From Azolla caroliniana (taxonomy: Eukaryota; Plantae; Polypodiophyta), in assembly GCA_043228905.1 (NCBI GenBank), contig JBHGNT010000010.1, positions 13,392,001 through 13,456,000 of the forward strand: a DNA stretch of 64,000 bases. Reading direction: 5' to 3'. This document shows, in pieces, positions 51,066-62,810 of this stretch. The notes below the pieces were generated by a model, which searched no databases, was not told where the DNA came from, and saw only the letters and a program-made list of their open reading frames with translations. A program made the translations under genes and the position numbers. Each line of letters begins with the position of its first letter. The first letter of the stretch is position 1.

Positions 51066-52691
51066 CGCCCCCTCAATGATCAACCCATTGAGTTCACTTG
51101 GAATTGGGCCAACACCTAATCGTCGAAGGTGTTGTTGCAACTGTTCTGCTCCAAGCGCCTTTGTGAAGATATCTGCAGCATTTTCTGATGTTGGACAGTA
51201 CTCAAGCTCCACAATCTCATCATTTATTAGCTCCCGCACATAGTGATACTGAATCTCTATGTGTTTAGTACGTGCATGAAATACGGGGTTCTTGGCAATG
51301 GCCATGCAACTCTGATTGTCACACCTCAATACCGTTGCCGTCCTTATTGGGACTGCCACATCCATAAGGATTCTTCTTAGCCAAACTACCTCGCATGCCG
51401 CTATGCATGTTGCTTTGTATTCTGCCTCCGTTGAAGATAGTGCCACTGTTGGTTGTTTTTTACTACTCCATGAAACAGCTCCAGATCCTATTGAAAAACA
51501 ATATCCAGAAACTGATTTTCTGGAATCACTATCTCCAGCCCAATCGGAGTCGCAATATCCACTAAGTTGGTCAATTGTTGGCTTGTAGAAGATTCCATAA
51601 TTTAAAGTACCCACAATGTACTTTAATACACGTAGAGCAGCTTTCCAATGAGTCTCCTTCGGCTTGTTGCTGAATCGACTCACCACATTGACTGCAAAAC
51701 AAATATCCGGCCTAGTGTTGCATAGGAAAATTAGACTTCCTACTAGTTGTCTATACTTCCTTATGTCAACCATTGGTGATGAGTCTTCTTGGGATAGCTT
51801 GCAGTTTGACTCCATTGGAGTCGACTTCGACTTGCTGTCCATCATCCCGAAGGTCTTCAAGATCTCTGTTGCATACTTTCTTTGTGACATGAAGATGCCG
51901 ACCGAGGTTTGCCAAACCTCAATTCCAAGGAAGTAGTGTAGAATCCCCAAGTCTGTCATTTCAAACTCAGTTTTCAAACACTCTTGTGTTTGGCCAATGC
52001 ACTCTTCATGGTCACCAGTAAGTACTAGATCATCCACGTAAATGATAATGATGACTTGTTTCCCGTCCTTCATTTTGACATACATACTTGCATCCGAAGC
52101 ACATTGCTTAAAGTCGATTGATCGTAAGAAGCTGTCTATCCTCTTGTTCCAAGCTCTTGGTGCTTGCTTTAGACCATATAGTGCCTTCTTCAGCTTGCAA
52201 ACTTTGTTTTCTGAATTCGGTATCTCAAACCCCGGTGGTTGTGTCACATATACCTCCTCCTTGAGATGCCCATTCAGAAATGCTGATTTGACATCCATTT
52301 GATAAATCGGCCATCCTCTTGAAGCAGCCAACGCTATGACCATTCGAATTGTTGTCATGCGAGCTGTCGGGGCAAATGTTTCTTGTACATCGAACCCTTC
52401 AATTTGGGAGTATCCTTGCGCTACTAGCCTGGCCTTGAATTTCTCCAAAGAGCCATCAGCTTTATACTTTACTTTCCATACCCACTTCGTGCCTATCACC
52501 TTCTTCTTTGTTGGCCTCTCTACCAACTCCCATGTGTCATTTTTCATGATGCTATCATATTCTGATATCATCGCCTCTTTCCACTTCGGGTCGGCCATAG
52601 CTTCCTCCACCGAGGTCGGCTCACTCACTGAGCCTATGATGTCCACCATCAGAGCCATGTTGACAATGTGGTCAGAGGTTCTTCCTTGCTC
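51060..52691 (-). CDS. Copia RT-RNase H, same frame as the upstream ORF
   Basis: [39 protein letters not shown]. Confidence 0.95.
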   Translation of the reverse strand, partial: EQGRTSDHIVNMALMVDIIGSVSEPTSVEEAMADPKWKEAMISEYDSIMKNDTWELVERPTKKKVIGTKWVWKVKYKADGSLEKFKARLVAQGYSQIEGFDVQETFAPTARMTTIRMVIALAASRGWPIYQMDVKSAFLNGHLKEEVYVTQPPGFEIPNSENKVCKLKKALYGLKQAPRAWNKRIDSFLRSIDFKQCASDASMYVKMKDGKQVIIIIYVDDLVLTGDHEECIGQTQECLKTEFEMTDLGILHYFLGIEVWQTSVGIFMSQRKYATEILKTFGMMDSKSKSTPMESNCKLSQEDSSPMVDIRKYRQLVGSLIFLCNTRPDICFAVNVVSRFSNKPKETHWKAALRVLKYIVGTLNYGIFYKPTIDQLSGYCDSDWAGDSDSRKSVSGYCFSIGSGAVSWSSKKQPTVALSSTEAEYKATCIAACEVVWLRRILMDVAVPIRTATVLRCDNQSCMAIAKNPVFHARTKHIEIQYHYVRELINDEIVELEYCPTSENAADIFTKALGAEQLQQHLRRLGVGPIPSELNGLIIEGAC

Positions 52692-55154
52692 CTATATTCT
52701 TCTTGATCTTCGTAATCCATCAGTTGAAGTTTCAGGAAACTCAACTTTAGGAGTATGATCATTGAAGAGTTGTTGAGCCCACTTAGGTATTTTCTTTACA
52801 TGTGGGACTGGCATAGGCTGAACTAGTGAACCATTACCATCAGATGGTTCAGCTTCCTTTTTTGGATAATGGGTCGGGATTGGGTAAAATACTTCTTCAG
52901 TTGATGAGATAACTTGAGAATCGTTGTTCTCAGCTAGCTGTGGTTGTTCCTCATCGAACACCACATCGCGGCTTGTCAATATCTTTCTTGCCTCTGGATC
53001 GTAGAGTCGATAGGCCTTTGACTCTTCACTATATCCGAGAAAGATACACTTTTTGCTTTTAGCATCCAACTTCTTTCTGCTCACATCTGGAATATGTGCG
53101 TAGCACATACACCCAAAGGTTCTGAAGTGCAGTACTGAAGGTTTCTTGCCTGAATAAGCTTCTTGGGGTGTTTTCCCTTGAAGTGCCTTCGTGTAGCTCC
53201 GATTGAGGATGTAAACTGCTGTGTTCACTGCTTCAGCCCAGAATGGGTCGGGCAGCGCTTGTGCCTTCAACATACACCTAGCCATCTCGACAACTGTTCG
53301 ATTTCGACGTTCGACAACGCCATTTTGTTGTGGGGTGTAGGCAGTTGTAAGTTGGCGCTTAATTCCATGCTCTTTGCAATACTCACAGAATTCTATTGAT
53401 AAGAATTCTCCACCTCGATCAGAGCGTAGCTCCTTCACTAACTTTCCAGACTCTCGCTCGACAAACTTATGCCATCTTTTGAAGATTTTAAAAGCTTCAG
53501 CCTTCTCCCGAAGGAAGTAAACCCACATCTTTCTGCTGAAGTCGTCGACTATTAGCATATAGTAGAGAGATCCACCCATTGCAGGAATCACCATTTTTCC
53601 AGAGAGGTCAATGTGTATTAGCTGTAGAGGAGTCTTTGCCCGATTTTGACTCTCTTTTGGAATGGCTGATCTTTGATGCTTGCCCATCATACAAGCATCA
53701 CAAACATGACTTAAGTCAGATAGGGTTGGCAACCCAACTACCATATTCGACTTCTTCATCTCCTTCAACACAGCAACGTTGAGATGCCCAAATCTCTCAT
53801 GCCATTGCTTTGTGTTGGTACTTGTGCTGTGGTCAGTAGAAATGGTAAACGCGCTTAGCTCATAGAGATTGTTGAGCCTCACCCCTATTCCTACAACCTT
53901 GCCAGCAGAATCTGTTATTTCTGCACCCGACTTCTTGAATCGAACATCAAGACCCTTGTCAGTCAGTGCAGAAATGGACAGTAGATTCTTCTTCAGATCT
54001 GGCACGTACAACACTTGAGAGAGATGCTTTGTCCCACCGGTCGTTGCTTTGAGGGAGACGGTTCCGGTTCCTTTGGCCGGACATCGAGCATTGTTCCCGA
54101 CCACAACATTGATGGGCTCTTGTAGAGGTGTCCAAGAACTGTACCAGTCACGATTACTAGTCATATGTCGGGATGCTCCACTATCGAGAATCCAAGACTC
54201 ATCAACAACTTGAGTGTCAACTGAAGAACACACTTCTTCAGTTGCGACCCATAACTCAAGTTCATCTACGACATTGTTAGCGGACTCGGGCTCTCTCCAA
54301 GAAGTCTTATTAGAACCATTCTTCTCATCCGCCATCTTCTTTCGACAATCCTTGATTGTGTGACCCTTCTTGTCACAGTAGAAACACGATCCATTGAACT
54401 TCTTCTTCTTCGGTATCCTATTCGCATTGTTTGAATTGGATGCCCCTTCACCCTTAGTCCTAGAGACAAATGCTGAATCTTCCCTTTCTTCTCTTGTCTT
54501 CAGCCGAAGCTCCTCTTCAAGCAGCATTGCACTTAGTTCATCAAAATTTAAAGGAGTGGGTCGAACCTGAGTGTTCAATGCTGTCACAATGCCATCATAC
54601 TTGAAAGGAAGTACTCGAATGCACCGACGAGCCATATCCTCTTGAGAGACGACTACTCCAACAGCCGCCAGCTGATCTTGAAGATCCTTAATCCTTTTTA
54701 CAAAGGATCCTACTTTCTCTCCATCAGCGAGCTTCTCTACAGCAAGCTGATTTTCGAGGTTTTGTATCCTTGTATAGTTTCTGGTCTCATACTGGCTGGC
54801 CAATATGCTCCAAGCTTCATGTGCCCTAGTTGTATGTTGCACTAGTGTTAGTACGGAGTCACATACACCAGTGACTATGGTACATAGCGCATCAGCATTC
54901 CTTCTCTTCCAGGCTCGAAGTAGATCAGCATTTGGAGGAATTGATGTGGTAGGCTGTGCAGGGTCAAAGGTTGCCATGGGCTCAGGGTCTCCCCCTGTGG
55001 GTCCCATGATTGTTTCCAACAACTCGTAGGAATCCAAAATGGCAGACATTTTGAACTTCCATAGAGTGTAGTTAGTTCCATCTAGCTTTCCATCAGACAA
55101 TGGAGGTGGGCGAATGCGCAATGGAGCAGCTGCAACATTCGTGGACAAGGCCAT
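52692..55154 (-). CDS. Copia gag-protease-integrase (820 aa), ending at an in-frame TAG
   Basis: CFYCDKKGHTIKDC, WILDSGASRHMT, WHERFGHLN, LRSDRGGEF, PQQNGVVERRNRT. Confidence 0.95.
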   Translation of the reverse strand: MALSTNVAAAPLRIRPPPLSDGKLDGTNYTLWKFKMSAILDSYELLETIMGPTGGDPEPMATFDPAQPTTSIPPNADLLRAWKRRNADALCTIVTGVCDSVLTLVQHTTRAHEAWSILASQYETRNYTRIQNLENQLAVEKLADGEKVGSFVKRIKDLQDQLAAVGVVVSQEDMARRCIRVLPFKYDGIVTALNTQVRPTPLNFDELSAMLLEEELRLKTREEREDSAFVSRTKGEGASNSNNANRIPKKKKFNGSCFYCDKKGHTIKDCRKKMADEKNGSNKTSWREPESANNVVDELELWVATEEVCSSVDTQVVDESWILDSGASRHMTSNRDWYSSWTPLQEPINVVVGNNARCPAKGTGTVSLKATTGGTKHLSQVLYVPDLKKNLLSISALTDKGLDVRFKKSGAEITDSAGKVVGIGVRLNNLYELSAFTISTDHSTSTNTKQWHERFGHLNVAVLKEMKKSNMVVGLPTLSDLSHVCDACMMGKHQRSAIPKESQNRAKTPLQLIHIDLSGKMVIPAMGGSLYYMLIVDDFSRKMWVYFLREKAEAFKIFKRWHKFVERESGKLVKELRSDRGGEFLSIEFCEYCKEHGIKRQLTTAYTPQQNGVVERRNRTVVEMARCMLKAQALPDPFWAEAVNTAVYILNRSYTKALQGKTPQEAYSGKKPSVLHFRTFGCMCYAHIPDVSRKKLDAKSKKCIFLGYSEESKAYRLYDPEARKILTSRDVVFDEEQPQLAENNDSQVISSTEEVFYPIPTHYPKKEAEPSDGNGSLVQPMPVPHVKKIPKWAQQLFNDHTPKVEFPETSTDGLRRSRRI

Positions 55155-55261
55155 TGATACTCTGTCTCTCTATCTCTCTCTCTCTCTCTATTTCTCTCTG
55201 TTGCTAGACAGCAACTACCCGTATATACCTAATCTAGATCAACCTCTTCGCTCTGATACCA

Positions 55262-55894
55262 TGTTAGAAATATTGAGAATCGAGTAGATAGGTATATAGA
55301 GTTACAACTGCAGAGATGGATATATGAAAACAGAATTTCTATTACATATGAGAGTAGTTCAAAATGGTAGTTTTCCCATGCGCTCACACCTTAGAGCTTA
55401 GATAGGATATGGACCGGCTCACTACAAAATTAGTGGGGACTCATGATCAATCTGACCACTGTGTGAGAAAAGTGACTTATAATCTATGTTTGGTCTTAGT
55501 ATAAATGTGCAAGTCAGTTGACAGTAGTGGAGATATTCCTTTTCTGTCAACTGACTTGTCATTTAATATGACCCAACTCCCTAGGTACAGGCTAGTGCTA
55601 GATAATACTTATCTTGAAGTCAATGACACATACTTCAAGACTAAGTACATCGTAACTTGCCCACAAAATATTCTAGCTGACTTGATTAGACAATCCTTTT
55701 ATCTATTTCTCTCTTTCCTAAATGTATTGTGTCCTACGCATCTACGGTTTCCTAGATTAACACCTTATCGACCCATATGGTCGAGTTGCACACTAGCCGC
55801 TCCTCATTTGGGGCGCTATCACAAAATGTGCACTCTAAGAGCACATATGGGGATAGATTTACAACTTGGGGCTGATCATTGATTATATCTAACA
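55262..55894 (-). repeat. 5' LTR of the young Copia
   Basis: Direct repeat of 50433-51065, adjacent to the iMet PBS. Confidence 0.97.
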
Positions 55895-56849
55895 ATTTTG
55901 AACACTTGATGCAACATTTCTTCGAATCTCAAAACCTTGATTCCACCCCACTGAGCCCAACTACTGATAATGTCCAAATAGATCCCACTCTACTGGAAAA
56001 GCTAGTGCAAGACGCGACTGACCTGCAAGCCGCTGCTGAGGTGTTGGAAAGGTTATTAGAGGAGGACACACTTGCGCAATGGGTCAAAGAAGCAAGGCTA
56101 AATGGGCAACCGCCTAGAAAAAGGCTGAAGAAGGGGCCACGATCAGGGACAAGACCAGTTACTCGGTCAAGGGGCTCTTGATTTGGAGCGAAATACTTAT
56201 TAGTGGGATATGATTATTAGCTATTTTCCTAGGGTTTTATGAAGTTTTACTATGATCTATTTGGACAAGTAAAACCTTAGATTGGTTGTTGTTTGATCCA
56301 CATTATGTAATGGAACTCTATGATGTTTCTCCAAGATAATTATGTTCATGTTGTTCTATGATGGAAAATATTTCATGTTCATTATGTTGTTTTGTGAGAC
56401 TGTTAGTTACTTTGTGAGTGTGAATATGTTGGTGTTTTTTGATGTTGCAGAGTCTAAAGGGTTTGAATCTATTGCTCCTAAGGCCAATGGCAATGTGGAA
56501 ACTGTTGATGTTGCTGCGTGTTTAGAGGGCCACATCTTGAAAGTAGATGTAGCAACTAACACAAATGATCTGGTCACGCAAGTTGATGAAGCATGTTGCA
56601 CAGATGATCTGATTTTGCAGGTAGATGGAGCATGTGATACCGTGGGCTGATATCGACTAGATTAGTATCTACATGCACTGAGCCAATGACTAAGTCGACA
56701 ACACAAGAGCACCAGAATGTGAAGCCAGGCCCAACATAGTCGACTAGGGGTTTAAAGAGGAAAAGGATAGCAATTGTGCTGACAAAACTTGAGTTGATTG
56801 AAATTGATCGTGTGCTACCAGTAATTGGTGTAACAGATGCGCAGTTATA

Positions 56850-57240
56850 GGAATGGAAACCTAAACCATTAGAAGTCGAAAGAAGAGCCTTGATCTTGGA
56901 GCTTGATAAAGTCCTGATGAGTGTGCGATATATGATACCAAGGAGGGACACAAATCAATTTCTAGAGTGGGTTGTGCAATACTTTGATCTGTTTATTTGG
57001 AGTGAAAAACCACGTACAGATGTGTGGAAGTGTGTAGAAAGATTCTTCCCGAAGTGGCGACAACATTTCAAGGGTCAGTGGACACGAGAGAATTGTGAGA
57101 AGAATGATGTTGCAAGATTCAAAAGACTGTTTTATTTTTAGGACACTTGGCCAAATTATAATGCTGACAATACATTGATTCTGGATACAGAACATTTCCG
57201 ACATTAACTTCAACATTCGCAGATGCTGTCTCATTATACC
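56850..57240 (+). pseudogene. FCP1/NIF (HAD superfamily, CTD-phosphatase-like) domain remnant carried in the transposon
   Basis: RALILELDKVL..PRRDTNQFLEW...FDLFIWS...WTRENC...WP..NTLILD follows the NIF domain pattern; in-frame stops; ExD instead of DxD. Confidence 0.6.
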
Positions 57241-57800
57241 CGATGAAATGCCTGAACACTATTTGCTAAAAAATTGAGCCGCCAACTAGTTACATGGTTG
57301 GGGACTCCATACTGAGCTCGGTATGCAGATCATATATGTAGAGAAGTTCCATTGACCAGTAAGAGCTTAAGTGTTCATAGGCAATTTCAAGACATTGGTA
57401 ATGGGATGTTATAAATATATAATTTGATGACAGATTAATCAATGAAGAATTAAATTGCTTGTTTTGAGTAACTTATCTACTGTGTAATTTTAAGAGTGTG
57501 TTCAGGATTGTTGATTTCATGATAGTACTTTTTCTTAAAATTATGTAAACTATTTTAACTTGTACATGGTTCACTTGAGTAAATCTGTATATTAGAAAGA
57601 AGAACCCTAAACGATATTATTAAACTGGTTTTTAAGAAAGAAGAATAGAACGAAGACTGTATATAAAAAAGACACACGATTTTGTTGAGAAAGAAGCACA
57701 AAAAGTAGACTGTATATAAAAAAAAACTCCTTTCAATTGTTTATTTGCAATACATGTGCTTTGTTTGTTTTACAAGAAAACTGGTAATTGCTACTTGTAG

Positions 57801-60800
57801 CTACAAATTCCATGGCATACTGTTGTAAATACATTCATACACATTAGCAGTAACTGTGTATAAACCTGAGTAGCTATTGTATTGGGACATTAGGACATTG
57901 ATGCACCTGACGAAATGAGAGTACATGTACGCCATTGATTTGTCTTCTAATAGCCTATACACATAATCGTAATCATCTAGTCTTGCATAAAAAATACCTT
58001 CAATGTAGAATGTCCCGGTAGATACAACATTTTCCCAAGCATGTAATATATTCTGCGTTGCACACTGTTTACTAACCGTGCACTTCAATATATAGAAATC
58101 AACACCCTCTGAATTGTCTTCTTCTGCATTTACAACGAAATTATCCCCAACATTTAAGACGTCACTCAGAGTATCTCCACGTCCTTAATATGTGAAGTCA
58201 GCATTCTTTTCTGTTTCTCCATCAACTGCTTCCTTATCGTTCAATGTATGATACTCCCAATTTTGAATCTATGCTTTGTTTAAACAATACCTCCAGTTTC
58301 CTTGCACAAAATGGAAGCAAAAACAAGTTAATTCTCTAACCGCAATACAATGACCATCCAACCTAGAATAACCGCGAACAACATGGAGAGATCGCAATTC
58401 GGGAATTTCTTGGCACTAGCAGGTCTTCTCCCTATTTACTTCATCTATATTCACTTCCCAAAATTCACGTTTGATATCTCGGACCTACGAGGAATAAACA
58501 CCAGTTACACTCGTTGACATATTAGCTCTTAAAAATTCAACTACATGTGCTTGCACAATTCATCTGCACACCATCTGCCTTTAGTTGTTCATGGGTAAGT
58601 GCCCGCTTTATAACAACACCTACACCATTATGTTCACCTTTACCATGGCCAGACCCAAAAAAAAACCATCTCATCTCCAAAGCTGTTATAGTAGGATACC
58701 TCCCCACAAAATAAAATGGACGTCTAGCCTTGATTTGTGACGCAACTCCATCAGACCACACCCAATGTTGAGTAACCTCCAAACGTTTAGCTAATAACCA
58801 TTGCCAATGTAAGTTAAAACAACGTTGGACGAACAAGGTACCATGCTTCTTATCATTAGAAATAAAATAATGAATTACTTTTTTAACATCACCTGAAACT
58901 CGAAAATATGTTATGTGCACAAAAATGGTTACCTATGCTGAACACCAATGCATAGATTAAATTTCATTTTGCTGCTTGAAAGTATAATTCTCTACGAAAT
59001 CTACTGCTGAGACTACTACATCATTTGGAAAATCAGATATGCAAGTCTTAAACTGATGGGCTTGCCATGAATAAATGAAGTTGTGTTTAATGAACTTTCC
59101 TAGAGATGCCAAATCCCTTGGTTTAAGCGACTTCCTAACTAGATCCATTCTTTTACACACCTTTCCTTCGAAATTGGTGTCAACTGACTCAAATCACTTG
59201 ACAGAGATTAGTATTTCACTACTCAATTCATTTGGACACCACTTAAATCTACTAGGACCACAATCTTGACATAAACCCATGACACATTTATGACTATGGA
59301 AGATGGTCTCAGTTTCTATCGGACACAATACTGAATCTAAAAGACAACTCATGGAAGAGATAACATGCTCAGATGATTTACAGTGCTCATGCGGGCTCGA
59401 TCGACAAATTGGGCACACACAAGTGCAAATTGCATTTGTTAGGGAGGCGCTATGGTGACGTAGTAGATTAACAGAGTCCTTGAGAAAACCCATCTGTACA
59501 TTGTAAAGCAACAACATGTGTATCGATCCTTCAAGTGTCTCACAAAGTGTGGCTTAAGAGACTCGAATGTTCGTAGTTCAACTTTGATATTTGTATGCAT
59601 TCGCCTGAACCTAATAAATAAATCGACATGCGTAATAAAATGGACATACTGATTAGCTATATGGCTAAGTTGTAGCTAATTAGCTACTACTATAGTTTAG
59701 TAAAGTAGCTAATTATCTAAGTGGTAGCTAATTAGTTACTACCATAGTTTAGTACAGTAGCGAATTAGCTAAACCCTAGCTAATTAGCTACTACCATAGT
59801 TTAGTATAGTAGCTAATTAGCTACTACCATACATTAGTTGAGTAGCTAATTAGCTAAGTGGCAGCTAATTAGCTACTACCATACATTAGTTGAGTAGCTA
59901 ATTAGCTAAGTGGCAGCTAATTAGCTACTACCATACATTAGTTGAGTAGCTAATTAGCTAAGTGGCAGCTAATTAGCTACTACCATAGTTTAATACATTA
60001 GCTAAGTGGTAGCTAATTAGCGACTACCATAGTTTAGTATAATAGCTAATTAGCTACTACCATAGTTTAATACAATACCTAATTAGCTACTACCATAGTT
60101 TAGTATGATAGCTAATTAGCTAACTAGCTACTACCATAGTTTAGCACAGTAGCTAATTATCTACTACCATAGTTTAGTACAATAGCTAAATAGTTAAGTG
60201 GTAGCTAATTAGCTACTACCATACTTTAGTTATAGTGGCTAATTAGCTACTACCATACTTTAGTTATAGTGGCTAATTAGCTACTACCATCCTTTAGCTC
60301 AGTCGCTAATTATCTAACTAGTAGCTAATTAGCTACTACCATACTTTAGCTGAGTAGCTAATTAGCTACCACTTAGCTAGTTATAGTGGCTAATTAGCTA
60401 CTACTATACTTTAGTTGAGTCGCTAATTAGCTAACTGACAGCTAATTAGCTACTACCATACTTTAGCTAAGTAGCTAATTAGCTACCATAGCTAATTAGC
60501 TACTACCATACTTTAGCTGAGTAGCTAATTAGCTAAGTGGTAGGTAATTAGCTACTACCATAGTTTAGTACAGTAGCTATTCCAATAGGGGATTAGCAAT
60601 TCTGGTAGCTAATTAGCTACTATGGTAGCTAATTAACTATTGTTAAAGGCAGCTAATTAGCTATTGTGGTAGCTAAATAACTATGAATGGTAGCTAATTA
60701 GTTATTCTGGTAGCTAAATAGCTATGTTCGATATACTTAGGAAGCTAATTAGCTATTTTGGTAGTTAATTAGCTATTACTGGTAGCTAGTTAGCTATGGT

Positions 60801-61570
60801 CATATTTTGAGGTAGGTAATTAGCTATTTGGGTCATATTCAGAGGTAGCTAATAAGCTAACTAACTAAGCTCTAAAGTCAAAACAAATGTTGAGATAAAT
60901 GTAAATACCTGAGGTACATCAAGAAGATGAATGGGATGCTCCTCGTATTGACTCTTTCCAACACGTTTCCTGCATAAATCCTTCTTATTGGGTGAAACCC
61001 TACTCTCATTAGTCCAAAATATTGTGATTATATCCTTGATTTTCTGATGTTATGGGTGTCATTGGCTTACATCTTGTTGTTAGCTTTAGTAGACTAGTTC
61101 CTTCACCCGAGGAAACTATCCGGTTAAATGTATTGTACACACTTTTTCTACTAACACCAATTACCTTAGATAGCACACTGATGTTAATATCGTCAACATC
61201 ACTATTAAGTAACATCATTAGCTAGACCTTTTTAAGCCAAGATCATCTTCTGACCTGCTCATGGATACGAAACTATTACGAAGATTATTTACTAGTACAG
61301 ATGTTATGTTTGCATTAAGACCATCACAATAAACTAACATGGATCATTTAATATTCCATAAAGTACTGCCTTCTTGTCTTCATTGTTGATATGCTTGGTT
61401 TGAACATTGAAATAGTCTACAACCTTTCTCTCTATGATAGTAGTCTCATTACTTCCATTCTCGGTGATATTTAGACCTATATCCCAACCAATACTATCTT
61501 TACCTTTAGTGAGTGTGACTTTCATATCCTTCAACAATTGACGATGTTTTCTTCTTCTTTTTCTCCCCAA
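57801..61570 (-). pseudogene. Decayed intron-containing Sola2-like transposase
   Basis: FWTNESRVSPNKKD, FESLKPHFV..TCCC, DFVENYTFKQQNEI-SMHW, WSDGVASQIK, FFGSGHGKGEHNG, RELTCFC; intron ~59628-60908; several stops and frameshifts. Confidence 0.8.
59655..60870. repeat. Second TAGCTAATTAGCTA satellite array, inside the transposase intron
   Basis: Same unit as 49300-50185; orientation of the flanking sequence flips near 60590. Confidence 0.92.
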
Positions 61571-61814
61571 TACTTTCGTATCGCTTGTTGTGTCCTAATA
61601 GTGTCATCCCTATCCTGATGATCAATGAGGGGTAATTCTAAACACCCTCATTCCCCTTCCATTTGGCTTGACGAGTTTAAACCCTAATTTTCCCGAAAAA
61701 AAGACACATATTAAAGATGGCTATGGGCAACAACAATACACAAAAATATTCCGCAATACACAAGATTATATACAACAATACACAAGATAATCAATAGACA
61801 AAATAGTTATTCAA

Positions 61815-62810
61815 ATCCAAGACCGAACAATTGCGGTAATCTAGGGCCGAATAGTGGCGGCAATTGAGTGTAGAATGGCGGCAGTGGAGGAGTGAACTCC
61901 GTTTGATCGAACAGTTTTGACAATCCAGGACCGAACAATGGGGACAACTGAGTGTAGAATGATGGCAATGGAGGAGTGAATTCCGCTGGATCGAACAATG
62001 GCAGATGATTCTTGGAACGCACAGTGACGACAATTGAGAGTAGAATGGTAGTAGTGGAGAAGGAGTGAACTCCTTCGGATCGAAAAGTGGCAGCAATACA
62101 CCACCGAATAGTAGCGGCAACTAAGTGTAGATTGATGACAATGGATGAGTGAATTCCGTCAAATCGAAAAGTGGCAGCAATCTAGGACTGAGCAGTAGCG
62201 GCAACTAACTGTAGAATGATGACAATGGAGGAGTGAACTCCGTCAGATCGAATAGTGGCAGATGATGCTTGGAACGTACAGTGACGACAATTGAGAGTAG
62301 AATGGTAGCAGTGGAGAAGGAATGAACTCCTTTGGATCGAAAAGTGGCAGCAATACACCACCGAATAGTAGCGGCAACTAAGTGTAGAATGATGACAATG
62401 CATGAGTGAACTCCGTCAAATCGAAAAGTGGCAACAATCTAGGACTGAGCAGTAGCGGCAACTAACTGTAGAATGATGACAATGGAGGAGTGAACTCCGT
62501 CAGATCGAACAATGGCAGATGATGCTTGGAACGCACAATGATGGCAATTGAGAGTAGAATGGCGGCATTGGAGAAGGAGTTAACTCCATAAGAGTGAAAA
62601 GTGACAACAATATACGACCTTCACAGTAGTGGCAACTGAGTGTATAGTGGTGGCAATGGAGGAGTGAACTTGGTAGATGATGCTTGGACTGAATAGTGGT
62701 GGCTATTGAGTGCAAAATGACGACAATGGAGGAATGAACTTCGTCGGATTGAACTGTGGTAGATGATACTTGGACCACACAGTGCCGGTAACTGAGTGTA
62801 GAATGGCGGC
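61815..62810. repeat. ~85-bp tandem repeat with a 257-bp (three-monomer) higher-order period
   Basis: Monomers at ~61861, 61946, 62031, 62118, 62202, 62288, 62375, 62459, 62545; closest matches lie 257 bp apart. Confidence 0.85.

Larger units (their letters stand above)
50433..55894 (-). mobile_element. Full-length, very young Ty1/Copia retrotransposon (5462 bp)
   Basis: 633-bp LTRs 50433-51065 and 55262-55894 with one substitution seen; TSD ATTTT 50428-50432 and 55895-55899; PBS TGGTATCAGAGC 55250-55261; PPT TTGAGGGGGCG 51066-51076. Confidence 0.98.
48934..56181 (+). pseudogene. Spliced cargo gene with a RING/PHD-like zinc finger, interrupted by the Copia; probable upstream exons from ~47510
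   Basis: CIAC..PC..YHIVC..C.GDC in 48934-49276 (one TGA at 49264); GT-AG intron 49277-50202; frame stays open through 50203-50432 and resumes across the Copia TSD at 55900-56181 (NNSDF-EHLMQ), ending in a basic PPRKRLKK segment. Confidence 0.65.
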
